A stretch of DNA of 36,063 nt from Verrucomicrobiota bacterium (GCA_008933045.1 WBXJ01000003.1:1-36063), one strand, 5' to 3'. Shown: positions 1 through 9,631, counted from the stretch's first letter. Numbers and translations: made by a program. The notes: generated by a model not told the origin, from the letters alone.

Positions 1-1121
1 CGGATTCGGATGCCAGCGTCGATCTGAAACCCCTTCGTGCCATTAGGATGGATAAGCTCGAGCGAACACGGTCGCTCCCAAGCGCGTCCGTCTTGGCCCG
101 GGTTGGCATAAATACCAGTCGACCCATCGAACAAGGAAGAAGTGGGAAGAACGAGCGAAAAACTGGGCAGAGTCTTTAGGTCATTTTTAATAGTTCCGGC
201 GTAGGTCACATTGGTTACCACCTCGGGATCCATCCCGTAGTCAACGGTGTTGCCGCCCCAAGTGGTCGGCCATCCTGCTGGAGCTTTTCCATCCGAGGCT
301 TGGCGGATCACATCATCCAAAAACAGGTAGCTGACGGTTTCTACTGCGGAAGGTTTGTAACCTGTGCGAAAGGCCGCAGCCCGTAGGACGGTCGTGCGAC
401 TAATCCGCAAGGTGTTCGAATACTGCATGCCTCCATTGACGGTTGGGAGCAAGCCGTTGGTGGTGTAGCGAATGATCGCGTTTGTGGTTTCAGTGGACAG
501 CGTCAAATCAAAGGGTTGGTCATAAAATCCGTGATCCATGCTGAGTTTTATTTTCTCCACAAACGACAGCAAACCGGCTCCGTTGGTCGCGCCAGGAGTG
601 GCCTTGGTGAAATAGAGATAATTTGTGCCTGTGTCATCAAGGCCGTAGGAAACATCTCGAAACTGCTCAGGGTATTCCGGTTCCAACACGGAGGCGATCG
701 AGGTGCCATCTGGTTGCACGAGTGCCAAATATTCACCTTCTGACTTCAGGCTAAAACTAGTGTGCAGACGAGCCGGGTTATTGGTGCGGTTCTTGCCAGA
801 AGCGAACACAACCAAGTAACCACCTCTTGGAATGCTGACCGAGGGGAATGCCCACTGGGTGAGCCGTGCTGGATCATCAGTCAGAAAATAACCACCGAGG
901 TTAGCCGAGTTGGTTGTAATGTTGAGTATCTCAATCCAATCCGAGAATTCGGAATTCTCATCCCGCAACGTCAGGCTGTTGCTCGCCATAAATTCATTGA
1001 TCACGAAAGGGGAAGGGTCTTGCGCTCGCAATTCATTCGCGTTGAGAAAACAGATCAAAAGGAGGATAAAATTGCATCCCAAACGGAAGGCTTTTTTCAG
1101 GAAGTCAGTGTAAGAACTCAT
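1..1121 (-). CDS. Secreted lamin-tail-domain / Fn3-associated / CotH-kinase-family protein, 3'-truncated by the window edge
   Basis: Absent from the ORF track because it has no stop in the window. Manual translation from ATG 1121 gives a signal-like MSSYTDFLKKAFRLGCNFILLLICFLNANELRAQ. It then shows the LTD motif VINEFMASNSLTLRDENSEFSDWIEI..NLGGYFLTDD..QWAFP, an Fn3-associated segment GFYDQPFDLTLST..IRYTTNG, and a CotH-like GIYANP..WERPCSLELIHPNG..GFQIDAGIRIR at the edge. Confidence 0.85.
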   Translation of the reverse strand, partial: MSSYTDFLKKAFRLGCNFILLLICFLNANELRAQDPSPFVINEFMASNSLTLRDENSEFSDWIEILNITTNSANLGGYFLTDDPARLTQWAFPSVSIPRGGYLVVFASGKNRTNNPARLHTSFSLKSEGEYLALVQPDGTSIASVLEPEYPEQFRDVSYGLDDTGTNYLYFTKATPGATNGAGLLSFVEKIKLSMDHGFYDQPFDLTLSTETTNAIIRYTTNGLLPTVNGGMQYSNTLRISRTTVLRAAAFRTGYKPSAVETVSYLFLDDVIRQASDGKAPAGWPTTWGGNTVDYGMDPEVVTNVTYAGTIKNDLKTLPSFSLVLPTSSLFDGSTGIYANPGQDGRAWERPCSLELIHPNGTKGFQIDAGIRI

Positions 1122-1237
1122 ATTCAGAAAGTTTTCAAGACCATGTCCCAAAAAACAGGTTTTGTAAAACTGATTGAGATGGCAATACATCACAGCATCT
1201 TCATGCGCTTTGTTTCTCACCCCCTATCAGACGATTG

Positions 1238-1370
1238 TCATTTCTCAGGCGGGATTTGATATTTGAGATCCAAGAGCAGATTACCCATGCGAGTGCGATG
1301 TGAACCGGTCACGACATCCTGGAGAGTATGGCGGTCGAGATTTGTATAGAAGGCATCCATGGCCTCGCGC
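1238..1370 (-). pseudogene. C-terminal remnant of an Rrf2/NsrR-family transcriptional regulator
   Basis: Reads REAMDAFYTNLDRHTLQDVVTG..., resembling the Rrf2 C-terminal helix (EAxxAFxxxLDxxTLxDLV). No winged-HTH N-terminus is present upstream; that DNA is the lpxK promoter region. Confidence 0.55.
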
Positions 1371-1402
1371 TTCTTATACTTACAAAATGGAACTGCTGTT
1401 CC

Positions 1403-1432
1403 TTGCCCTCGGGTGCTGATGTTTGGCACAAT
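1403..1432 (+). promoter_or_regulatory. Candidate sigma70-type promoter for lpxK
   Basis: TTGCCC-18 nt-CACAAT with an extended -10 TG, ending 9 nt before ATG 1442. Confidence 0.35.
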
Positions 1433-1441
1433 CAAGGTTGG

Positions 1442-2614
1442 ATGCGTGAATGGTGGCGGGAAATAACCGAGAATTTCGAGACGTTTATTCTCGAGGTGAT
1501 TTTCGAGCGGAGGCCTGGAAAAAGGGCTTCCATTGCTCGTGGGTTTCTTTTGGCTTTATCCAAAATTTTTGCGGTCGCGGTTAAGACGCGACGGTTTCTT
1601 TACAATTACAGAATCCTTCGAGATTCGACGCTTGGAGTGCAGGTGATTGCGATTGGCAACCTGACGGTGGGTGGGACTGGGAAAACTCCTGTGGTCGAAA
1701 AGTTCGCACGAGTGCTTCAAGACGAGGGTCGGAATGTTGCGATTCTTTCGCGTGGGTATCGGTCGAAGCCTCCGCCCTTTCGCAAACGATTGGTGGATCG
1801 ACTTCTGTTCCGACAGGATCGAACACCGCCTCGAGTTGTTTCAGATGGTAAATCGCTGTTGCTCGATTCCGACACAGCGGGAGACGAGCCGTATATGCTC
1901 GCTTCAAACCTTCAAGATGTTGTCGTTTTGGTAGATAAGGATCGTGTCAAAAGCGGACGGTATGCGATCGAGAAATTTGGTTGTGACACATTGCTTTTGG
2001 ATGATGGATTTCAGTACTGGAAACTCCGGGGGCGACGTCACGATGTGGTTCTTATCGATAGCCAACAACCTTTCGGAAACGAGTTTTTGCTCCCTCGTGG
2101 AACCCTCCGTGAACCGCCATCACACCTCGCTCGAGCCAAGACGATTTTTATCACCAAGAGCAATGGCAATACAACCGCACTTCGCCAGCGCATTGCGCAA
2201 TATAACAACACGGCCGGCATCATTGAGTGTGTGCATCAGCCGCTTTTTTTCGAGGACGTCTTCACTGGTGAACGCGAAGGGTTGGAGTTTCTTCAAGGGA
2301 AACGAGTGGCGTCGTTGAGTGGAATTGCTCAACCGGAAAGTTTCGAGGAGGGCTTAGTAAAATTAGGAGCGGAGCTTGTTTACGCCAAGCGATTCGCCGA
2401 TCACCATCGATTTACTCAGCAAGAAATTCTTAACGTGATCAACCGCGGTAAAAAGCGGCAGGCGCAGTTGATTCTCACCACCCAAAAAGATGCTGTGCGT
2501 TTTCCCAAGATTGATCGTCGTGATTTGAGAATTTTATTTATGCGTGTGGAGATCAAAATTCTGCATGGCGCCAAGGACTTTCAGGATTGTGTGCGTCAGA
2601 TTTGCTTCAAGTAA
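1442..2614 (+). CDS. lpxK: Tetraacyldisaccharide 4'-kinase
   Basis: Motifs IGNLTVGGTGKTP (P-loop), ILSRGY, GDEP, LLDDGFQ, LLPRGTLREP, FADHH and TTQKDAVR. Start moved from 1328 to ATG 1442. Confidence 0.95.
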   Translation: MREWWREITENFETFILEVIFERRPGKRASIARGFLLALSKIFAVAVKTRRFLYNYRILRDSTLGVQVIAIGNLTVGGTGKTPVVEKFARVLQDEGRNVAILSRGYRSKPPPFRKRLVDRLLFRQDRTPPRVVSDGKSLLLDSDTAGDEPYMLASNLQDVVVLVDKDRVKSGRYAIEKFGCDTLLLDDGFQYWKLRGRRHDVVLIDSQQPFGNEFLLPRGTLREPPSHLARAKTIFITKSNGNTTALRQRIAQYNNTAGIIECVHQPLFFEDVFTGEREGLEFLQGKRVASLSGIAQPESFEEGLVKLGAELVYAKRFADHHRFTQQEILNVINRGKKRQAQLILTTQKDAVRFPKIDRRDLRILFMRVEIKILHGAKDFQDCVRQICFK

Positions 2615-2622
2615 CGCGAGCC

Positions 2623-3528
2623 ATGGAAACGCCTCTTTATTGTGTGGCACGAGCTGCGGTGGGTTTGGTGGGCGTGATCCCATTGGCATGGGTAGCAAGG
2701 TTGGGGCGTTGGTGTGGGGGTGCGGCTTTTTATTTGGATCGTTCTCATCGACGGGTGGCTTTGGAAAACTTGCAACATGTCTTCGGCCAAGAAAAGACCA
2801 CTGCTGAGATTTATGAAATTGCCTTGGAGAATTTTTGTCGAATTGGGGAGAACTATTTGTCTGCGTTGCGAACGTCGCGCATGAGCAATGAGGAGGCACT
2901 TCAATACTGCGAAGTGGTGGGGTTGGAAAAGTTGATTCCCAAAGCGGGCGAACCCGTCCAAGAAAACCGCGTCATCGCCATCGGTCACTTTGGAAATTTC
3001 GAATTGTACACCTTACTAGCAGCAGAATTGAAGGGATACCAAGGGGTGGCCACTTATCGAGGGTTGGGTCAACCCTCATTGAACCGTGTTTTACAAGACA
3101 CACGCAATCGTTCGGGTTGCCTTTTTTTTGAACGCCGCACTGACGCCGCGAAGCTCAAAGCCATCTTAAATCGTCACGGCATTATTCTGGGACTATTGGC
3201 TGACCAGCACGCCGGAAGAGGAGGGCTATGGCTTCCGTTTTTAGGAAAGGAATGTTCTACCAGCGCGGCACCGGCAGTTCTCTCACTGCGATATCGGTGT
3301 CCACTATTTACGGCTGTGATTTATCGCGTCGGATTGGCACGATGGCGAGCCGAGGTAGGGGAGGAAATACCCACCCGTATCAATGGGGTGGCGCGGACGA
3401 GTTCAGAAATAACCTTGAACATGAACCAAGTGTTTGAACATGCGGTGCGCCGTGATCCTGCAAATTGGTTCTGGGTTCACAAACGGTGGAAGCCTCGTTC
3501 CCAACCATCTAAACCCTTGGAGAATTGA
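2623..3528 (+). CDS. lpxL: Lipid A late acyltransferase (LpxL/HtrB, LPLAT family)
   Basis: Motifs GHFGNFE, LLADQHAG..PFLG and C-terminal PANWFWVHKRWK. Directly follows lpxK; ATG 2623 preferred. Confidence 0.85.
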   Translation: METPLYCVARAAVGLVGVIPLAWVARLGRWCGGAAFYLDRSHRRVALENLQHVFGQEKTTAEIYEIALENFCRIGENYLSALRTSRMSNEEALQYCEVVGLEKLIPKAGEPVQENRVIAIGHFGNFELYTLLAAELKGYQGVATYRGLGQPSLNRVLQDTRNRSGCLFFERRTDAAKLKAILNRHGIILGLLADQHAGRGGLWLPFLGKECSTSAAPAVLSLRYRCPLFTAVIYRVGLARWRAEVGEEIPTRINGVARTSSEITLNMNQVFEHAVRRDPANWFWVHKRWKPRSQPSKPLEN

Positions 3529-3530
3529 TC

Positions 3531-4238
3531 ATGCTGCCAGTTGTTTTGATCACGGGTGCAGCGGGTGGTTTCGGTCGAGCGTTGACGGAGAAATTTAGTT
3601 TGAGTTCGTGGCAGGTCATTGCTGGATATCACAAGGCTCCCTTCCCAGAGCCCCTAGATTACGTGACCCAGATTCGGTTGGATGTTACCAACCGACAAGA
3701 GGTCGCGACAGTCGTGGAGCAGGTGATAAAAGAATTTGGTCGCATTGATGTTTTGATCAATAACGCTGGGATTAATCGTGATGATCTCCTGATACAAGGG
3801 GAGGAAAGCGATTGGGATCAAGTCCATGAAGTGACTTTAAGTGGAGCGTTTCTTTGTACTCAGGCTGTGCTTCCAATCATGGTGCGACAGTCCGAGGGAC
3901 ATATCGTCAATATTTCGAGTTATGCCGGCCGGTGCGGAGTTGGGGGACAGTCAGTGTACGCGGCAGCCAAGGCGGGTTTGCTGGGTTTAACGCTCGCTAT
4001 CGCACGAGAGTATGGTTCCCAAAACATTCGAGTGAACGCCGTTCTACCAGGAGTCCTCCCCACGGGCATGACTCAAAAACTTTCACAGTCGCAACGGGAG
4101 GTTTTTCGCCAACAGAATGTGCTCGGTCGATTTAATGACTTAGCGGAGGTTGCGGCGATGGTTGTCTTCCTTTGTGGAACACGCAACATTTCTGGCCAAG
4201 TCTTTCAACTCGATAGCCGGATCGCACCGTGGACATGA
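3531..4238 (+). CDS. SDR oxidoreductase, FabG-like 3-oxoacyl-ACP reductase paralog
   Basis: Motifs TGAAGGFG, DVLINNAG, NISS, YAAAK and IRVNAVLPG. Confidence 0.85.
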   Translation: MLPVVLITGAAGGFGRALTEKFSLSSWQVIAGYHKAPFPEPLDYVTQIRLDVTNRQEVATVVEQVIKEFGRIDVLINNAGINRDDLLIQGEESDWDQVHEVTLSGAFLCTQAVLPIMVRQSEGHIVNISSYAGRCGVGGQSVYAAAKAGLLGLTLAIAREYGSQNIRVNAVLPGVLPTGMTQKLSQSQREVFRQQNVLGRFNDLAEVAAMVVFLCGTRNISGQVFQLDSRIAPWT

Positions 4239-5419
4239 AACCGTTGTCACAAGAATTGTTTGCGCGTTTGGAAAAGCAACGTGCGGACCATCTGTACCGT
4301 CAATTACGCAGCGTGGACTCTGCTCAGGGTGCTCGGATCGAGATGAACAGACGGGAATTCATCAATTTTTCATCCAATGATTATTTAGGTCTGGCGAATC
4401 ATGAAGCGGTGAAGGAGGGAGCACTCAAAGCGGTTCGAGATTACGGTGCTGGCTCTGGTGCATCTCGACTCATTTGTGGTTCGCTTAAACTCCATCATCT
4501 GCTTGAGGAACAACTTGCTGCGTTTAAAGGTGTGGAAGCAGCCCTTTGTTTTTCCACGGGTTACGCGACCGCTCTTGGCACGATCCCGTGTCTGATGGCG
4601 AGTGGTGATGTCATTGTTGTCGACAAATTGGTGCATGCCTCTTTGCTGGATGGCGCACGATTGTCTGGGGCCAAGTTGCGAGTGTTTCAACACAATGATT
4701 TGGGTGAGCTAGAAACCATCTTGCAATGGGCCGATAAGACGGTGGGTTCTGAGGGAAATATTCTACTCATCACGGAGAGCGTATTCTCGATGGACGGTGA
4801 TCAAGCTCCTTTGCGTGAGCTAGTCGCGTTGAAAGAACGCTATGGCGCTTGGTTGATGGTGGATGAGGCGCATTCGGCGGGGCTATTCGGTCAACGAGGG
4901 AGCGGTTTGATCGAGGAACTAGGCTTGGTGAATCAGGTCGAAATTCAGATGGGGACGCTGGGTAAATCTTTAGGTTCAGCGGGAGGTTACATCGCAGGGA
5001 GTCGAACGCTGGTTGATTATTTGATCAATCGGGCCCGAAGTTTTATTTTCTCTACCGCACCCAATCCGGCTTCATCCGGCGCGGCGTTAGCAGCCCTTAA
5101 ACTTTTGGAGAAAGAGGGCGCAGAGCGACGCCAGGTGGTGTGGTCGTTGGCGCAAGAGTTACGCCGGATGCTGCTACCCTTGTCAAAAGAATCCCCAGCC
5201 TCGTTGATACATCCCTATCTTGTTGGCGATGAGCAACAGGCGTTGTGCTTGTCGAAAACATTTCTTGAGGCGGGCCTAATGGTGCCTGCGATTCGCTATC
5301 CCACAGTTCGGAAAGGCCAAGCACGCCTTCGCATTACAGTCACTCATGGTCATACAATCAAAGACATTGAGTGTTTGCGATCTCCACTCCAGTCCTTCTC
5401 CAAGGACCGAATCCAGTGA
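4235..5419 (+). CDS. bioF: 8-amino-7-oxononanoate synthase (PLP alpha-oxoamine synthase family)
   Basis: Motifs FSSNDYLGL, GSGASRLICG, HASLLDG, ESVFSMDGD, DEAH, GTLGK (PLP Lys), RSFIFSTA and AIRYPTV. ATGA overlap with the SDR stop. Confidence 0.88.
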   Translation: MKPLSQELFARLEKQRADHLYRQLRSVDSAQGARIEMNRREFINFSSNDYLGLANHEAVKEGALKAVRDYGAGSGASRLICGSLKLHHLLEEQLAAFKGVEAALCFSTGYATALGTIPCLMASGDVIVVDKLVHASLLDGARLSGAKLRVFQHNDLGELETILQWADKTVGSEGNILLITESVFSMDGDQAPLRELVALKERYGAWLMVDEAHSAGLFGQRGSGLIEELGLVNQVEIQMGTLGKSLGSAGGYIAGSRTLVDYLINRARSFIFSTAPNPASSGAALAALKLLEKEGAERRQVVWSLAQELRRMLLPLSKESPASLIHPYLVGDEQQALCLSKTFLEAGLMVPAIRYPTVRKGQARLRITVTHGHTIKDIECLRSPLQSFSKDRIQ

Positions 5420-5475
5420 GCGGTGAGACTCCTCGACCGACGGGGAGCTGTGTCAAAATTGGGGACGATTTGATT

Positions 5476-5503
5476 TTGACTTGAACGCATTCTCTGCTAG
5501 GCT
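5476..5503 (+). promoter_or_regulatory. Candidate sigma70-type promoter for pgk-tpiA-secG-opp
   Basis: TTGACT-16 nt-TAGGCT with an extended -10 TG, ending 18 nt upstream of the pgk ATG. Confidence 0.5.
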
Positions 5504-5521
5504 TCCCGCCTTGTTTGTTTT

Positions 5522-6778
5522 ATGGGGAAACTGATTATCAACGATGTCGATGTAAGCGGTAAGCGAGTGTTGATGCGTGTGGATTACAATGTGCCGATGG
5601 AGGAATCCAACGGTCAGATGGTGATTAACGATGCCACACGGATCAACGAAACTTTGCCCACCCTGCGGCATCTGATCGATCGTGGTGCCAGAGTTATTTT
5701 GATGGCTCATTTAGGGCGTCCTGACGGAAAACCAGAAGCCTCGATGTCGCTTCGTCCGGTCGGGATCGCGCTCAGCGAAATGCTTGGTCGTTCCGTTCAG
5801 TTTGCTGAGGACTGCATCGGGGAAGCCGTGGAAAAGCAGGTCAATTCCCTTCAGAATGGCGAAGTTTTACTCTTGGAAAATGTCCGCTTTTATCGGGAGG
5901 AGGAAGCAAACGACCTCGCATTTTCGGAGAAGCTCGCTCAACTGGGCGATGTTTATGTCAATGATGCCTTCGGGGCAGCACACCGAGCTCATGCATCAAC
6001 GGTTGGTGTCCCAGCAGTCATTGCGAAACGGGGCGGCAAATGTGCTGGCGGTTTGTTGATGGAACGCGAGCTGAAATTTCTTGGCGATGAGTTGGAGAAT
6101 CCCGCCCGTCCTTTTGTGGTCATCCTCGGAGGAGCAAAGGTATCTGACAAAATTAAGGTGATCGACCGACTGTTGGAAAAAGCCGATGTCATCTTGATTG
6201 GTGGTGCGATGGCTTACACGTTTAAACTGGCCGATGGGGTTCACGTCGGTAAATCTCTTGTCGAGCCGGATAAAACTGAAGTCGCCAAGGCCGCAGTCAG
6301 CAAAGCTCAGCAGAGGGGCGTCACGTTTTTGATCCCGACGGATAACCTCATCGCGGATCCGGTGGATACCGGTCGAAAGAATAAGAAAGGTCGGGCTATT
6401 TTTGACCTCCAGAATCCTAGGATCAATACAGCTCGGGACATTCCAGAACTATCCGAGGGCGTAGATATTGGGCCGGCAACCGCAGCCGCGTTCGCGGTTG
6501 AAATCGCTCAAGCGAAAACGATTTTGTGGAATGGTCCGATGGGTATTTTCGAGGATCCAAGGTTTGCAGAAGGCACATTCGCCGTAGCTAAGGCAGTGGT
6601 CGACGCGACCCAAAATAACGGAGCGAAAAGCATTATCGGCGGTGGCGACAGTGTCAAAGCCCTCAATGTTGCTGGGCTAGGTGGAAAAGTAACCTTCATG
6701 AGCACAGGCGGCGGGGCTAGCTTGGAATTTCTAGAAGGCAAGGAACTGCCGGGTGTAGTCGTGCTTGGCAATTCGTGA
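5522..6778 (+). CDS. pgk: Phosphoglycerate kinase
   Basis: Motifs RVDYNVP, HLGRP, LLENVRF, NDAFGAAHRAHAS, GGAKVSDKI, WNGPMG, GGGDS and STGGGASLEFLEG. Confidence 0.98.
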   Translation: MGKLIINDVDVSGKRVLMRVDYNVPMEESNGQMVINDATRINETLPTLRHLIDRGARVILMAHLGRPDGKPEASMSLRPVGIALSEMLGRSVQFAEDCIGEAVEKQVNSLQNGEVLLLENVRFYREEEANDLAFSEKLAQLGDVYVNDAFGAAHRAHASTVGVPAVIAKRGGKCAGGLLMERELKFLGDELENPARPFVVILGGAKVSDKIKVIDRLLEKADVILIGGAMAYTFKLADGVHVGKSLVEPDKTEVAKAAVSKAQQRGVTFLIPTDNLIADPVDTGRKNKKGRAIFDLQNPRINTARDIPELSEGVDIGPATAAAFAVEIAQAKTILWNGPMGIFEDPRFAEGTFAVAKAVVDATQNNGAKSIIGGGDSVKALNVAGLGGKVTFMSTGGGASLEFLEGKELPGVVVLGNS

Positions 6779-6808
6779 TCAACCTGCTAATGATTTAAGA
6801 AATTAGTC

Positions 6809-7573
6809 ATGGATAAAGAACGTAAGCTGATCATCGCGGGTAACTGGAAGATGAACAAGACCGTCGCGGAAGCGCTCGATCTTGTGACTAATTTGAAGCG
6901 TGATTTGGTGGCGGTCAAGGAAGTAGACATTGTCGTTTGCCCTCCCTTCACAGCGCTTTCCGAAGTTTCTAAAGTCGTGCTGGATTCAAACATTCGTCTG
7001 GGTGCCCAGAACATGAGCGAACACCAGAGCGGTGCTTTTACGGGTGAGATCGGAGCTGGAATGCTCAAGGAATTTTCGGTGCGCTACGTGATTCTGGGTC
7101 ACTCTGAGCGTCGCCAATTCAACGGCGAGACCGACGCGATGGTTGCCTCGAAAGCGATTGCCGCTTTGGCCGCATCGCTTAAACCGATTATTTGTGTTGG
7201 TGAACTATTGGCCGAGCGAGAAGCGGGACGAACCGAAACGGTGATCGCCACCCAACTCGAAGGCAGCCTGAAAGGTCTGACTAAAAGCCAAATGGAGGAA
7301 TCCATCATTGCTTACGAGCCGGTTTGGGCGATTGGAACGGGCAAGGTTGCCACTCCGCAGCAGGCGCAGGATGTTCATGCGTTCATCCGAAATCGCGTGG
7401 GGGCTATGTTTGATGAAGGTACGGCCCGTCGTGTCCGCATCCAGTATGGTGGCAGCGTGAAGGCTTCGAATGCACGGGAGTTAATGGGCCAAGCGGACGT
7501 GGACGGAGCCTTGGTGGGCGGGGCTTCGTTGGAGGTTCGCAGTTTTTCTGATATTGTTAAGAATTCGATTTAA
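6809..7573 (+). CDS. tpiA: Triosephosphate isomerase
   Basis: Motifs AGNWKMN, GAFTGE, GHSERR, AYEPVWAIGTG, YGGSV and LVGGASL. Confidence 0.98.
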   Translation: MDKERKLIIAGNWKMNKTVAEALDLVTNLKRDLVAVKEVDIVVCPPFTALSEVSKVVLDSNIRLGAQNMSEHQSGAFTGEIGAGMLKEFSVRYVILGHSERRQFNGETDAMVASKAIAALAASLKPIICVGELLAEREAGRTETVIATQLEGSLKGLTKSQMEESIIAYEPVWAIGTGKVATPQQAQDVHAFIRNRVGAMFDEGTARRVRIQYGGSVKASNARELMGQADVDGALVGGASLEVRSFSDIVKNSI

Positions 7574-7579
7574 GAAGAT

Positions 7580-7972
7580 ATGAATTTAATCATCGTGCTG
7601 CTCACCGCAGCGTTAATTGTCAATTGTTTGATCCTGATGCTTTTGGTTCTGATGCAGCTTCCCAAAAAAGAAGCGGGCTCAGGGTTGGCCTTTGGAGCGG
7701 GTGCTTCTGATGCCTTGTTCGGCTCTGGATCAGGCAACGTGTTGACCAAGGCAACCAAGTATATCGCGGGAATCTTTTTAGGGTTATCGCTTTTGCTGGG
7801 CATTTTGAACACGCAAGCGGCCAAGTCTCGCCGTGAGGGTGTGGGTCAATACCTTGGCAAACAGGCGACTACCGTGATCGCCCCAGCGGCGACTCCGACC
7901 AACAGTCAATTTTTGCAGATACCGTTGGCGGCAACGAATGCCCCAGCTCCAAAGAGCACCACCAACAAATAA
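7580..7972 (+). CDS. secG: Preprotein translocase subunit SecG
   Basis: Two TM segments separated by LMQ..K..G.G.AFGAG...LFG; classical position after tpiA; Ala/Thr/Pro-rich tail. Confidence 0.92.
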   Translation: MNLIIVLLTAALIVNCLILMLLVLMQLPKKEAGSGLAFGAGASDALFGSGSGNVLTKATKYIAGIFLGLSLLLGILNTQAAKSRREGVGQYLGKQATTVIAPAATPTNSQFLQIPLAATNAPAPKSTTNK

Positions 7973-7981
7973 TTTCGCCTC

Positions 7982-9631
7982 ATGCGGCCAGAGATCAGCC
8001 CCCTTGGAAATTTTCCGAGGTGGCTGTTTTTATTGGTGCTTGTTTTTCTCGCTACCGGATTTCTGACAGGTTGCTCGCGTCGGAGTGATCGAGCCGATTT
8101 GGTCATCATCAACGGCAAGGAGGTCGAATCATTGGATCCGGCGATTATCACCGGCCAGCCCGATATACGGATTGCCCTGACGTTGTTTGAAGGTCTAACC
8201 CGCTACAATGCAGTGGATGCCCAAGCGGAGCCGGGGTTGGCGGATCGATGGGAGATTTCGCCTGATTTGCGGACCTACACATTTCATCTTCGCACTAACG
8301 GAGTTTGGTCCACAGGTGAACCCATCACGGCGGAGGATGTGGTGTATTCTTGGTTGCGAGTTCTGAATCCGCTAACGGCTGCGGATTACGCAGGTAATTT
8401 TTATTACATCAAAAACGCTGAGGAATACAACACCGGCAAAATTACCAATGCTTCCGAGGTTGCTGTGAAAGCGTTGGATCGATCGACAGTGCAAGTCGAA
8501 TTGCTAAATCCGACCCCGTTTTTTCTGGAGCTATGCGCGTTCCAGACCCATGTAGTAATGCCACGCTGGATAATTGAGAAGCACGGGGATCGTTGGATTC
8601 ACGCCCGTCCACTCCCGTCCAGCGGTGCGTATGAGTTACTCGCCTGGCGTTTGGAGGACAGAGTTAGCGTTCGAAAAAATCCGCGTTATTGGGATGCAGC
8701 CAATGTCCAATTAGAGAGGGTAGATCTCATGCCGGTGAACAGTCCGGCGACGGCCTTAAATTTATTTCTCACCAAGCAGGTTGATATTATTTGGGATAAA
8801 GATGTGGTGCCAACGGAGTTAATCGATTTGCTCAAAAAGCGGCGTGATTTTCATGTCTTCGATTATCTCGGGAGCTATTTCGTGCGGTTCAACGTGACGC
8901 GAAAACCTTTCGATGATGTGCGGGTGCGGAAGGCGTTTGCGTTGGTGGTTGATAGGCAGCGGATCACCGAACGAGTGACACGCGGAGGTGAACGGCCTGC
9001 TTCGTTTTTGGTGCCGCCGGGTCTTCCGAATTACCAATCTCCAGCAGGTCTGGGTTATGACCCCGGCGAGGCCCGTCGGTTATTGAAGGAAGCAGGCTAT
9101 CCCGATGGCAAAGGGTTTCCCAGAGTGAGTTACCATTTTAACACCTCGCGTTCGCATGAAATGGTAGGGGTCGAATTGCAAGAGATGTGGCGGCGCGAAT
9201 TGGGCATTGAGGTGGAGCTGCGTTCCATGGAGTGGAAGACATATCTACGGGCGCAGTCCGAACTCGATTTCGATCTCAGCCGCAGTGCTTGGGTGGGAGA
9301 TTATAATGATCCCAACACTTTTCTGGATATGTTCATGAGCTCCAATCCCAACAATCGCACGGGGTGGAAAAATCTGGACTACGATCAATGGATGCGTAAG
9401 GCGAATGCCTCGAGTGATCCGGCAGAGAGAGCAAAATTTCTCAGCGCAGCCGAGGCGTTGCTCGTGCGTGATGATCCCCCGATCTTGCCGCTCTATATTT
9501 ATGTGGGCTTCAATTTGTTTGATCCAGATGTGATCACCGGACTTTACAACAACATCCGGGATGAACATCCGGTGCGATCGATTAAAAAGCGCGCACGCTC
9601 CACAGCGCGGGCAGGGGAGGGGAATCCCTAA
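7982..9631 (+). CDS. oppA: Peptide ABC transporter substrate-binding lipoprotein (family 5)
   Basis: Lipobox LTGC; motifs ESLDP, LFEGL, PGLADRWEISPD..YTFHLR, KPFDDVRVRKA and WVGDYNDPNTFL. Confidence 0.88.
   Translation: MRPEISPLGNFPRWLFLLVLVFLATGFLTGCSRRSDRADLVIINGKEVESLDPAIITGQPDIRIALTLFEGLTRYNAVDAQAEPGLADRWEISPDLRTYTFHLRTNGVWSTGEPITAEDVVYSWLRVLNPLTAADYAGNFYYIKNAEEYNTGKITNASEVAVKALDRSTVQVELLNPTPFFLELCAFQTHVVMPRWIIEKHGDRWIHARPLPSSGAYELLAWRLEDRVSVRKNPRYWDAANVQLERVDLMPVNSPATALNLFLTKQVDIIWDKDVVPTELIDLLKKRRDFHVFDYLGSYFVRFNVTRKPFDDVRVRKAFALVVDRQRITERVTRGGERPASFLVPPGLPNYQSPAGLGYDPGEARRLLKEAGYPDGKGFPRVSYHFNTSRSHEMVGVELQEMWRRELGIEVELRSMEWKTYLRAQSELDFDLSRSAWVGDYNDPNTFLDMFMSSNPNNRTGWKNLDYDQWMRKANASSDPAERAKFLSAAEALLVRDDPPILPLYIYVGFNLFDPDVITGLYNNIRDEHPVRSIKKRARSTARAGEGNP

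Noticed and set aside
516-1259. Plus-strand ORFs 516..743, 762..1259 and 910..1113
   Set aside because: They lie antisense to the LTD/CotH gene and show no recognisable motifs.
1328-1441. N-terminal extension of lpxK in the ORF track
   Set aside because: It overlaps the Rrf2 remnant and the candidate promoter; ATG 1442 fits better.
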